This document shows, one piece after another, positions 38,351-49,306 of a stretch of DNA of 64,000 nucleotides. The notes beneath the pieces are model-generated. The model was not told the DNA's origin, did no database searches, and was given only the letters and a program-made list of their open reading frames with translations. This DNA is from Podarcis erhardii. Lineage: Eukaryota. Both the position numbers and the translations under genes were made by a program. Position 1 is the stretch's first letter. Each line of letters opens with the position of its first letter. The DNA lies in assembly GCA_964252035.1 (NCBI GenBank), contig OZ176200.1, one strand, 5' to 3'.

Positions 38351-39794
38351 CATATCCATGTATAGAGGTCTGCCTTAAATCTCCATCACATCTGCACATC
38401 CCATGTAGGGAGGCAGTCACTGCTTCAAGTTGAAGACAAGACTTGGATCTCTCCAACTGGGCACCTCCCTCACCCTCCCTGAACCATTCAAAGGTTAGGT
38501 GGATGTATTTTCGGCCAAAGGGGTCCATATTCTGCCTCTATGAGACACAGAGCTCTGGTGCTTGCGACTGACTTTGCTACATGCGAGCAACCAAGTCCCC
38601 TTTCTGCCTTGAGCTGACCAGAGCAGATAATATGCTGCTTCAGCTCCCATTGCCTTCTTGCCCTAGCACTGAAATGTGCCCTTAGCCTTGAATTTTTCCA
38701 GCCTCTCCCCAGTGTGCTGTACTTGCCCCTCTTTTTACGTCTGGTATTCCTGTCTTATTATGCATTCTATGTTTTACAGTTAGCATCAGGCTGTGAGCTT
38801 ATGAGACAGAGAGATGGAAGAGGAGAGGCCACAGCAGGAGACTAAGATGCTTGGAGACTCAAGTGTGTTCCAGTGACCCTACACAAAGAATAGCAAAATT
38901 GAGAAGTGGTTTGGTGGGAAATGTAAGAGGTTCCACCAAAATTGTTTAAAAAAAATAATTAGCACATCTAGAATATTGGAGAAGAGAACAACCATGCAGG
39001 CTGTGCTGAACTTTTGCCTCTATTGGAATCTTCACACAGCTTCATCAGACTTATTGTGCAAGTCCCAACTCCATGTTGCTTGTTCTCATGATGATGCTAG
39101 GCAGGATTATGTGTGTTCATTTTTTCTATCTAGCTCAGGGGAGCTGCATGATAATGATGATGATATACAGTTCACCAAATTTAGCACAGGCACCTTTTTT
39201 CATTGAATACCACATGAAGGCACCCATGGTCCTGATACCATGAGGAACTGACCAGAAGAATAGAGAGTGTGGAGGAGAACAAAGCTTGACAGAGCCATTG
39301 CAAATACTCAGGAAGGAAATGGATAATGGGATTAGATGGCTGGAGGGATGCTGGAGGAAGGTTTATGATGGGACCTTGTAACAGGAGGGGAAAGTAGACT
39401 GTAAAATGGAGCCATACTTGACTGCAGTTTAGAGATCAGGGGCAGACAGACCCCTCAGAAGGATGCAACTGTCTGGGAATCAAATTCCACTTCCAAAACC
39501 AATTGAAAATGTGAGCCTCTGCACAAGGTGAACTTCAGACTGCTGTCAAGTGATAAAATTAATTCAAAATGCCCACTTTCATCCTGGGGCAACTGTTGTC
39601 TATGAATCCTCAATAAAAGAGAATCCTTTCGGAAACTACAACTCAGACAGCACCCTGTTGAAATAGGAGAACATGTAAAACTGTTATATTTCAAGACAGA
39701 ATAGGTTGCTTCCACACTAGAATCCTCTTCCACACTTGAGTCCTTTAACCCTACAGAGGAAATTCCTTTTCTGATTATGTCTTTTACTGACATA

Positions 39795-39975
39795 GCCTCT
39801 CACTTTTAAAAAAATCTGTGTTTTAACCTTGGGGTTTCAATGTGTTGTGTTTTCTTGTATTTATTTTGCTTATGCTTTTATAGTTCTGTGTCTTGTTTTC
39901 TTATTTGTTTGCAGTAAGCTGCCCAAAGAACTTTGTTATGGGGCAATTTACAAATGCCATTCATACAATTAAATA
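39795..39975 (+). mobile_element. Degenerate L2-like 3' UTR/tail
   Basis: T-rich UTR ending GTAAGCTGCCCAAAGAAC...GGGGCAATTTACAAAT...TAAATAAA. Confidence 0.4.
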
Positions 39976-41551
39976 AACAATATTTGCTGAAAGCTGAACC
40001 AAAAACAGGCGTTCTAGATAAGCATTATAATCTAGCAATTCCTTTCCCCAACAGCGAAGGCCTATCACTAATCCCACCCACCCACTTCCACACATGTTCA
40101 TCAGGAAGCAACAAAAGGGGTTTAACATGCAAACCAGAAGTGTCTAATTAAATGCAAAGGGGACCAGAAGAAACTTAATAATGCTTTGCCAGTCCACATT
40201 CGAATTGGATTTTGTTACCCTTCCTCCACACCAAACACAGAAAATCAGGTCTAAAAAACACAGCTGAGAATTACAGAAAAACACTGGAATGCTATGGGAT
40301 GAGAAGACATCACTGATGGGATGCTCAATAGAAGGTGAGCAAGAAAGGAATGGCATTTCCAGAGAAAATGGCTAGTGTGGAAGTAACTATATTTGTCAAA
40401 ACATATTGGGCATTTCCATTTAATAGGCACTCCATGAGTCACTGGTTTGAGTCTCTTTTTGCTTCCTTGGCCTTTCTTCTTCTACTTCTTCAGAGCTGCC
40501 CTGTTTTCCTTTCCACCCCTGTTCAGGTTGTTGCCATCTCTTTAACTGCTGTTGCTATGACCTCCCCCAGCTGCACAGTGATGACAACCCCTCTCCCAGG
40601 GGGTTTGCAGGGAAAGGATATGCAGCAGCTGGATAATTTTCCAGCTAAGTGTGCAGTAAACCGCACAGATGGGTTATTGGAGCACGCAGCACAGGGAACA
40701 ATGTGGCAACCACAAGCGTTAACTCCTCAGCGCAGCAGAAAAGTATTCGATGCAATTCGTATGGTAATAATGTTGGCACTAACGATAACTGGTCCCGTAC
40801 TACGCCTGGAACCGTGGATGATCCACAGTCATTGGTGGAACTCCCGCCCCCTCCCACACAATGTTCTGCTGCTCCTTTCCTCACCCACCCCACATGGATC
40901 CACAGCTACAGATTTCATGTGAATGTTCAGTGCCGATTTGCATAAATCTGCATCTGGTTTTCCATGGAAATCTATGCAAATTTAAATAGACCACTGGCAA
41001 AGACTAAAGCTGGATTTAAAATGCAAACTGGGAAAACTGGAACCAGACCCATGGTTAACCCCCTCCCCACAAAAGACTACCTTGCATGCAACCGGTCTAG
41101 AATAAAACTAAAAATACCTGGGGAGTTTAACACATAATTTCAGAAAGCAAGCAAAAGAAAATAAAAAAAACCCCAAGCACTGCATGCTTTGGTCAAAGTC
41201 TCTTGGATTTACAGTGGGTACCAACATCTAAGAACTGAAGCAAAACGCATGAGGTTCCCCGCGGAACTTTTGAGGATTCCTCATTACGAACAAACTCTTA
41301 CTGGAATAAAAGGGAATGTGCTGATAGTTAGTAGGTTAGTAGAAATCTGAAGCTTTCCCACTTCTTTGGAATTTTGCCCTTAGTTCTTCTTGACAACTAA
41401 ACCCCTCGACCCAAATCCCCAACAAAAACAAAGCCGCCTCTTCCTCCTACTTTTCATTACCCTTGATATTCCCTTCCTGTCCCCTTTGCTTACTACCCAA
41501 AAAGAGATTATAACTGCACCCTTCAATTCTCCTGCTGCACTGGACAATGTA

Positions 41552-42044
41552 CCGTATTTTTCGCCCCATAGGGCGCACCGCCCCATAGGACGCACCTAGG
41601 TTTTTTTGGGGGGGGGGAATAAAGAAAAAATAATATTTCCCCCCCAGGTGCGGGGCTGGTGCGGGGGAAGCCCGAGCTTCCCCCGACCCCAGCCCCCAGA
41701 ACAGCCTGCTATCCGCAAGCCTAGGGAGCCCAGCGCGAAGTCGCGCCGGTCTCCCCAGGCTTGCGGAGAGGTGCGCGAAGCCCGGGCACGCTCTTCAGCG
41801 CGTCCCAGGCTTCGGAATGCAGGCAGCTCCGCGCAGCCGTCGGGAGCCCAGCGCTACTTCGCGCCGGGCTCCCGAGGGCTGCGCAGAGCTTCCTGAAGCC
41901 TGGAGAGCAAGAGGGGTCGGTGCGCACCGACCCCTCTCGCTCTCCAGGCTTCAGCGAAAGCCTGCATTCGCCCCATAGGATGCACACACATTTCCCTTTC
42001 ATTTTTGGAGGGGAAAAGTGCGTCCTATAGGGCAAAAAATGCGG
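41552..42044. mobile_element. TcMar-Tc2 (Kanga-like) MITE, 493 bp, CpG-rich
   Basis: 27-bp TIRs CCGTATTTTTCGCCCCATAGGGCGCAC (23/27 match); TA on both flanks (41550-51, 42045-46). Confidence 0.9.
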
Positions 42045-42126
42045 TACATTTACATCATACCTTAAAGTGCAATCCTAGTTTAAGGCCCATTAAGTTCAGT
42101 GGTCCTTACTTCATGGTAAGGCTGTA

Positions 42127-42368
42127 TAGTGGTACCTTGGGTTAAGAACTTAATTCGTTCAGGAGGTCCTTTCTTAACCTGAAACTGTTCTTAACCTGAA
42201 GCACCACTTTAGCTAATGGGGCCTCCTGCTGCTGCCGTGGTGCTGGAGCACGATTTCTGTTCTCATCCTGAAGCAAAGTTCTTAACCCGAGGTACTATTT
42301 CTGGGTTAGCGGAGCCTGTAACCTGAAGCCTATGTAACCTGAAGCGTATATAACCCGAGGTACCACTG
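42127..42368. mobile_element. Tc1/mariner MITE, 242 bp (longest family member here)
   Basis: TIRs (T)AGTGGTACCTTGGGTTA / TAACCCGAGGTACCACTG; TA flanks; colinear with 11963-12151. Confidence 0.92.
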
Positions 42369-42384
42369 TACTGAACTTAGTATT

Positions 42385-42750
42385 GTTTATTAATTTATAT
42401 ACCACTTTTATGCAAAATTGACTTACAAGTATAAAAACCAATTACACAAGTGTTAAAATATAAACATCCATAATTAAAACATGCAATAAAACTATCTCAT
42501 TAAAACAACACAATAATTAGGAGGAGGAGGGGAAATATGGAAAGTTGTTAGAGAAATATTGTTAGAGGATGTATACATAGAAAAACCAATAAAAATATTA
42601 AAACAACAACAACACAATAATTAAAAAAGGAGAGGCAGGTCAAGAGATCAAGCGAATGTCATTGTAAACAGGCATGTCTTCAAAAGATGACAGAATGCCA
42701 GTGCAGACGAGGCCTCTTGTACTTCAGCAGGGAGCTGCACCCAGCCACCA
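42385..42750 (-). mobile_element. Degenerate L2-like 3' end
   Basis: Tail TTTATTAATTTATATACCAC, A-rich UTR, then AAACAGGCATGTCTTCAAAAGATGACAGAA...GCAGGGAGCT resembling the L2 C-terminus on minus. Confidence 0.5.
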
Positions 42751-42806
42751 TCTCCACAAACTGTTAATCAATAAGCACTGGCAAGGCTAACTTAGTGCCT
42801 TTACTT

Positions 42807-43124
42807 CAGGGATGGGGAACATAAGGCTTGGGGCCCAAATGTGGCCCTTCAGGCTTTCCTATCTGGCCCTCAGGGCTCTCTCCAATCCACACACTCTCCT
42901 GAGCCACACACCCTCCCTGTCACTTTTTCCTCTGTTCCATACAATGCTATGTTTGACAGCTGGCGAACCATGGGCAATGCATGAGCACATGCACCAGGGA
43001 TGGTGAACATATGACCAGATATTGTTGGACTCACAACTCATTCCCAGCCAGTGTGGCCAATGGTCAGGGATGGTGGGAACTGCAGTCCTGCATCATCTGG
43101 AGGTCCCCAGGTTCCCCATCCCGG
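42807..43124. mobile_element. hAT-type MITE (possibly composite)
   Basis: Termini CAGGGATGGGGAAC / GTTCCCCATCCCGG (13/14); no TSD. Confidence 0.55.
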
Positions 43125-46100
43125 ACATACGTAGACAACTTCTGAAGACACATCAGATGTTAAAGCCGAGGATAACACACTCCCTTAACTGCAACTAGGA
43201 GATTCTAAGACAGACACTGTCCTGTCCCTCTCCAAGCCATTTTCCCTCTTTACCTCTGCTCATGTCTCAATCAGGAAAATCCAGATTCTCCTTGCTCCAT
43301 AGAGCCCTGAACTGGCTCTTCCCACTTTAGGCTGCTTAAGAGAAAAAGAGGGAGGAGATCCTCTTTGCATCATAGCAGCACCACCTTCCTTGTTTCTGCT
43401 ATCCTCTGTCAACCTCTTGAGAAAACCCTGACTCCGGTTGCTCTTAAGAGTACAGTTTTGCCAGACCTGCCAGGCTGTGCCCAAATCACAGGTCCCAACT
43501 ACAAGTGGGTCTGACGCGCCACGTGGCTTTGTGCGCCCCGGTGAACATGATTAATCAGAGCCGCCTGCCCAGGAAATGAAAGGCAGGTCAGGAATGTATC
43601 AAAATGCAAATGGGCCCTTTTCAAGGGAGTGAATGTTGGTCGGTGGGGGGGATGGAGGAAATGCGAAGCAGAGCGCAGGGAGAGAGGAACAGGGTAGGAG
43701 AGAGCCCTCCGGCTCAGAGCGGGAGATGGGATCACACAGCTGTGTGTTAGCATGCACTGGATCCAGGATTTAAATTTATGTCCAAATCACAAGGGGACAC
43801 CCATGTCCTTAGGAAAGACATTTCATTCTCACCCCTGGCCCACAAGCACAGCTGTGTGTGTGTTTGTGTGTGTGCGCATAGACACACACCCTCCCTAACT
43901 GAATCACAATATTCTGTTAAGTAGAAACACACAAACACATACACATTGTGTGCCTCAACCTAATCAAAATGCAAAAAGGGGGGGGGAGGGCATCTGATGA
44001 AATTTCCACCTGCAGCTGCTCAAAAAAGAAGCAAACAAACAAAATAAAGTTATATATCCCCACAAGGCCCTTGCTGCCAGCAGGTGGGGTAGGGGTTTTT
44101 GTCATAAAAATTTGGTTAGATAGCACTAGTATTAGCCATGCAGCCCAGAGCATGCAACCTCACACTCTGCGGGTCTCTAAACCATTTCTCTCGACATCTA
44201 TCTATTGTCCAATACTTTTTAGTGGCTCCCGGGCTTGTGCTAAAGTCCTGAGAATCACAGCTTTCACATATATCATACGCATACACATCTCAAGCCTTCA
44301 CGGGAGGTGGAGAAAGCCTTGGGAAAAAATGATTACAGCATGTTTCATGCAAGCTGCAAGGTGTATTGTCTGTGGGTTATATACAGTGAATCTCCCAGAG
44401 AGAGTGGGGGGCAGAAGGGAGAGGACAAGCCTCTCAACTCAACTCAGCCCTGCTCAAGACAGTTCTGTTGGAGTCAGACTTACAACCCTGGTTGGTTAGC
44501 ACCTAATAACGGGCCCAATGGCCTTCCTACAAAGGGCTGAAAGAACACCAAACATTGGTGGCACCCAAGAATGTGAAATGCTTATTTATCCCTGTGCAAA
44601 CTCCTAAAGAGCTGGCGGCGGTGACAGCAATTAGGAATTTGGTTTAAAAAAGAAACAAACACCCCTCTAACAATTAATCCTTGCAATATTGTGCACATAT
44701 GCCATTCCAAAACAGAACAATCCCACAACAGATAAGCCAGAAAGGCGGGGGTGAGGTGGGAATCTGAAATGCAAACGAAGCCAAGTAGAGTACAAGGACA
44801 CAATGCAACAGTTGTGTAGTTGTGCAAGACTACTGTCTATGCACAGATTCTATTGGAAGGTGAATTCAACATGCCTTTAAAAAGGTTTGCAGTCCAGAAA
44901 AAGTGACAGCGATCTTGCATCTCATGATAAAGCTCAGACTCTGGGGTCCCCTTAGGCAGCATCTGCAGACATCTCACTCAGTGCCCATGAGGTCCTCCCT
45001 CCCTCCCTTATTAAGAAGTTTTTAATCTGGTGGCCAAAGCATGCTACAAAGCATAGTGCCAGCCTCCAGCCCCCTGAATTTCCACAGAAGGTTTCTGGGC
45101 CCCAAGCACCCAAACTGCCTGGCAAAGCAGTAGTTTTGTTTTCAAAGACTCTTTCACTGCAGCTGCCTGGCAAATATGGGTGTGTGAGTGGGTGTAATGG
45201 TGGAGTGGCCAGGGAGTTGGGGGACAGGAAAGGCGGGGAAACAACTCAATGACATGGGTGGGGAAAGAAAGCAAAGAGAATGGGACTTTCAGGTGTGGCA
45301 AGTGGGGGGGTTGTGTGTGTTTGCAGTCTAGGGAGTGTGTAGGGGGGAAATTGATTTGTGGATAATCTTCCTATTAATGGGCAGTCAAGGGAGTGCTTTT
45401 GTGCCTGGGGGCTGTCCTGACCCTATCTTTGCTTCATAGTGATTTCTTGGCAAGTTACTTGTCTTTTACCCTCACTAGATTGCTTTCTGTGGAAACTGTT
45501 TTCCAATTGACCATGCCCATCACAGCCACCCTTTGGTGAATGGTCATACCTCCCCTCCCCATGGCAGCCGTTTTGTGCCAGCACACACACTTCAAAATCC
45601 CAACGGTGCCCATGGGCTCAAAAAGGTTAGGGAGCACTGTTCATACCTCATTTCTCCATTTTAGACTCTAGAGGCTGCAGCATTTCTTGTCTTTAATCTT
45701 TGAGCCTGCAAACACATAATAAATAGGTCATTGTCATATATGATGTTTTTTGCATCTTGGTTTTTGAATTTCCCTTGTCATTCCGATGCAATACATACAT
45801 TCACCAGAACCTACATTTGATTTTAAAATGACTTTCTTCCATTTTCTACCCAGCGGTTAAAATCATTCCCATTTGCACACAAACAGTGAAAGAACGGCTT
45901 ACAGGCAAGTTTAGGGTCTTAGGTGGAGATTGTCCATAACATCTCCCTTTTTTCTTTTTTTCTTTTTTTGCTAAAGTGCAGCAGCTTCCTCCTTGAGGTA
46001 AACCTTATCCTAACTGTGCAACATCTATTTTTGCCTCGTTATAAATTCAAAGAAGAGATCCATTTGAGGAGAATTATTGCTCCCTCTCTTTGAAATGCTA

Positions 46101-46369
46101 CTTATTCCAATAAAAAAGGCAGTTGCACAAAGGGTGACTGATGAGAGTAGCCTATAGGCGAAGAGGCTCATCTCTCCTTTGCGGCTTATTCTCTCAACTT
46201 ATTCCTGTCCTCTCACACCAATGCTGCCGGACGGCAGTTCTGGGGCGTTTCTTTTCCTTTCCAGTTAATGCGAAGTCATAATAAAGAACGCCCTCTGAAC
46301 ATACTCTGAACATGTGCAGAGTGCATTCCTTTCATTTCAGTCACAACTCGCTCCTATTCACCCGATATA

Positions 46370-47200
46370 AGAGTTAGCGGCACAGCGTCAGGGACAAACC
46401 CCAGCACTCTTCCTTTTAGAGACGGACCTTCCGCAGTTCACGGGGCGCCCACGTGGGTGGGTGCCAGGGCGCGGCGCGTTTGTCTCGAGCTGCGTGGCGT
46501 TTCCCGCGTTTCCCCCCAACTTCGCTCCTGCAGGCCCGTCAGTCCACGTGCCGCGGGAGCCCGCAGGGCGGCTCCCTCAGGCGGCCCCGCGGCCAGCTCG
46601 GCCTCCCGGGGGAGTGATAAGCACCGCAGGAGTTACTGCCGCCTGACACTTTAATGAGGCGGCGTCCTAGCCGACATTAATATTGCGAGGCCTGCCATTC
46701 CCCGGAGGCGTTTTGAGGGGGAAGCAACCCCGCGCCAGGAAAATCAAATAAATAAATCTCGCCTAAACGCCGGCGAGACCGCGGGAGCGCGCGGGGCACT
46801 CACCTGATTTCCCCGGTGAGCCAGCACCGGCAATCAGCGCCGTGCTAAACGGAGGCGGCGGGTGATTTATCCCAGCTGCTCTGAGGCTCAGATTGGGGCC
46901 GCGGCCGGGTGATGCATGGAGCGGGAGCGCAGGCGGGGGGGGGGGGGAGCAGCTCGGGAGGCCACCACTCAATCCCAAATTAATTTGAATATTTTGCCCC
47001 ATCAAATCTATTTAGGGCCGCGTGTGGCCCACGTCCAAGAAAGATTGATGACTGTTCCGGGCTGAGGGCTTTGATTGCATATGGCACGATGCCCGGCTGG
47101 CGCTGGGCGTCAGGCAAGCTGATTCCCCCGGGGAGAGGAGAAAGGAGCAGCAGCCGAGGGGGAAACCCGACGGGCAAGCGGGAACCTTTGCAGTGCAAGG
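46370..47200. promoter_or_regulatory. CpG island; candidate promoter or enhancer
   Basis: About 800 bp of GC- and CpG-dense non-repeat sequence; CACGTG at 46450 and 46545; TGATTTAT at 46863; CAG|GTGAGT donor on minus at 46804/46803. Confidence 0.8.
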
Positions 47201-47203
47201 ATC

Positions 47204-47383
47204 CAGTGGCGTAGCGTGGGTTATCAGCACCCGGGGCAAGGCAAGTAATTTGCGCCCCCTAACCCATGGATTTGCGCCCCCTAACCCGTGGATTTGCACC
47301 CCCTAACCCGTGGATTTCCCTAACCCCCAGATGTTGCGCCCGGTGCGGCCGGCCCCCCCTGCACCCCCCACGCTACGCCACTG
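47204..47383. mobile_element. Young hAT MITE, 180 bp
   Basis: Perfect 17-bp TIR CAGTGGCGTAGCGTGGG; perfect 8-bp TSD CAAGGATC (47196-47203, 47384-47391). Confidence 0.95.
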
Positions 47384-48737
47384 CAAGGATCTTAGGTTTT
47401 AACCCTGAAAGTAAGCCCTGCTGACCTCAATGGGGTATACCTCTAAGTTGACGTGTACAAGATTGCGCTGTGAGGCTGCAACCCTACGCGGGGGTGAAGA
47501 TAGCACTGGCTGTAGTCAGTGTGCAAACAGTGGGACATTTTTCAAAGTATGGGGTGGCTGATGTGGAAAAAGAGAGGGTTGGGAAGGGGTAGGACTCCCA
47601 AGTTCCACTCCTGCAGCCTTGGAGCACAGGCAAGGAACTTTTTTTCTTTTCAACTCCAGGGCCACAGTACCTTCTTTTCACAAGCAGTGCATATACACAC
47701 TCTCGCCTTGTACACCCCTCTCCAGCCTCCATTCAAGAGGCATTCACAGCGTTCAATGACATATTCCAGGGTGTAAAGCAGGGCCAGTGAGGAATGCCAC
47801 CTGCGGAGAGTGCTGAGGGCCAGACTTTTGGCCCTTGAGCCTGCGCATGTATCCTAGGCTTGAGGCACAGCAAGGTAATTCCACCTGCCCACTGTGTTTC
47901 AAATCACATTTGCACATTGTAGGCAGCAGTACAGCTCAATGTGTTTCCATGTCGCCCACTGCCTGTCCACACTAGTGGGAAGGGAGGGGTATAGGATGTC
48001 TTTGTATGGCTTACCTTTTCAAATGGGATCAAAACGGGGGGGGTGTTTGGGGGGGTTGAATCAAAACTCTATTTCTCAAGAAATTAGATATGAATTGTGG
48101 CTAATATTGTGTGTACATGGCTTCACAGTGGAGTGCTGAATGCAGAGTAAATGGGAGTGTGTACACAGTCTGATAAGGAAGGGAACTAAGCTAATGTTTC
48201 TTTAGACCTCACTTGCTGTTAGCCAGAATAGAGTTGTCATTTCTCCAACTCTACACCCCAGGGCAAGATTCATCTATTTTAAACAGCTGAATGATATTCA
48301 GAGGGTCAGCCGGTTTTTCTCTTTTCTCTGATAATCTTTACTTGTTGAATTTTTGTCTGTTGTGTTGCTGTTAATATAGCACAGGAGCCCTGCCAGAAAA
48401 AATAAAGAGAGCACCTTAGAAAACAATCAAGAGGGCATACCAGTTCCAGATTAAGGAAACAGGGACCACATGAAGAAGCAAGGACTTGAGCTGAACTAAA
48501 TTAATAAATGAAATTTTTTTGTATCATTGTGGACAAGACAGATGCAGAATCCCATGATCATGTTGAAAGCTTATTTTTCACCCCAATGTCCTTGTCAGAC
48601 CAAACGAGAGGTTGAGGCGGCTGTCCTTTTAAGAACGTCACAGATTCTGGTGCTAAATTTGCATGTTGCCATGCACAAAAAATAGCATTTGGGTCTTGGG
48701 GAGGTGACCCTTTCATCACCTTCATATTCACTATGGG

Positions 48738-48766
48738 TTCTGTCTCCCTCTCTCTCTCCCTCTTTC

Positions 48767-48800
<34 letters not shown>

Positions 48801-48816
48801 GAGAGAGAGAGAGAGA
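48738..48816 (+). repeat. Compound CT-rich / (CA)n / (GA)n microsatellite
   Basis: Direct inspection. Confidence 0.9.
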
Positions 48817-49265
48817 AACAAACACAGAAGCACAAATTAAAAAGTCACAATGAATGGAAAGCACCCCTTGAAGAGCCTGTACAAATCTGGCTCCTGGGTC
48901 AGATTTGACAGCGCAATTAATGCCACCGGCAGGCCTTTGGATGCATGCAGACATATAAAGGACATTTATGATGTTTAAAACTGAGGTATCACTAAAGACG
49001 TGAGAATAGGGAAGAAGAGGACTCTTTCTTGCTCTCTGGGTGCTGTCATACTCAAGGCTGTCACTGGCAGTGGCTGCTGCCACTGACTGCCTCCCTGTTC
49101 CTAGAATCCACCCCACCCCCCAAGCATGGGGAAGCCCTTCTTTCTTTCTTTCTTCCTCCCACCTACATGTTACTGCCACATTTATCACCAGGTGTCGGAT
49201 GCTCATGGAGCGCGAATTTCCCAGTCACAACTAATTCCTGGGTCTCACACTCCATGGGCCAGCTC

Positions 49266-49269
<4 letters not shown>

Positions 49270-49303
<34 letters not shown>
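49270..49303 (+). repeat. (GT)17 microsatellite
   Basis: Direct inspection. Confidence 0.95.

Positions 49304-49306
<3 letters not shown>

Noticed and set aside
39455-39793. 112-aa minus ORF with superficial resemblance to an IL-1/IL-18-like C-terminus
   Set aside because: Resemblance is a few residues by eye; the plus strand shows weak L2-like traces (KLIQNA) and an L2-like tail at 39795, so an antisense frame of decayed LINE is more parsimonious
41606-42035. GC-rich ORFs on both strands
   Set aside because: Entirely inside the Tc2-like MITE; open because of high GC content; no transposase motifs
44075-44092. CTCF-like near matches (also at 24708 and 47795)
   Set aside because: Only 10-11 of 12 core positions, one inside CR1; not distinguishable from background without ChIP data
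43948-44499. 183-aa ORF, and similarly the 169-aa ORF at 25009-25518
   Set aside because: No recognisable protein features or splice support
48595-49206. 203-aa minus ORF
   Set aside because: Runs through microsatellites (CVCVCV, SLSLS); no domain
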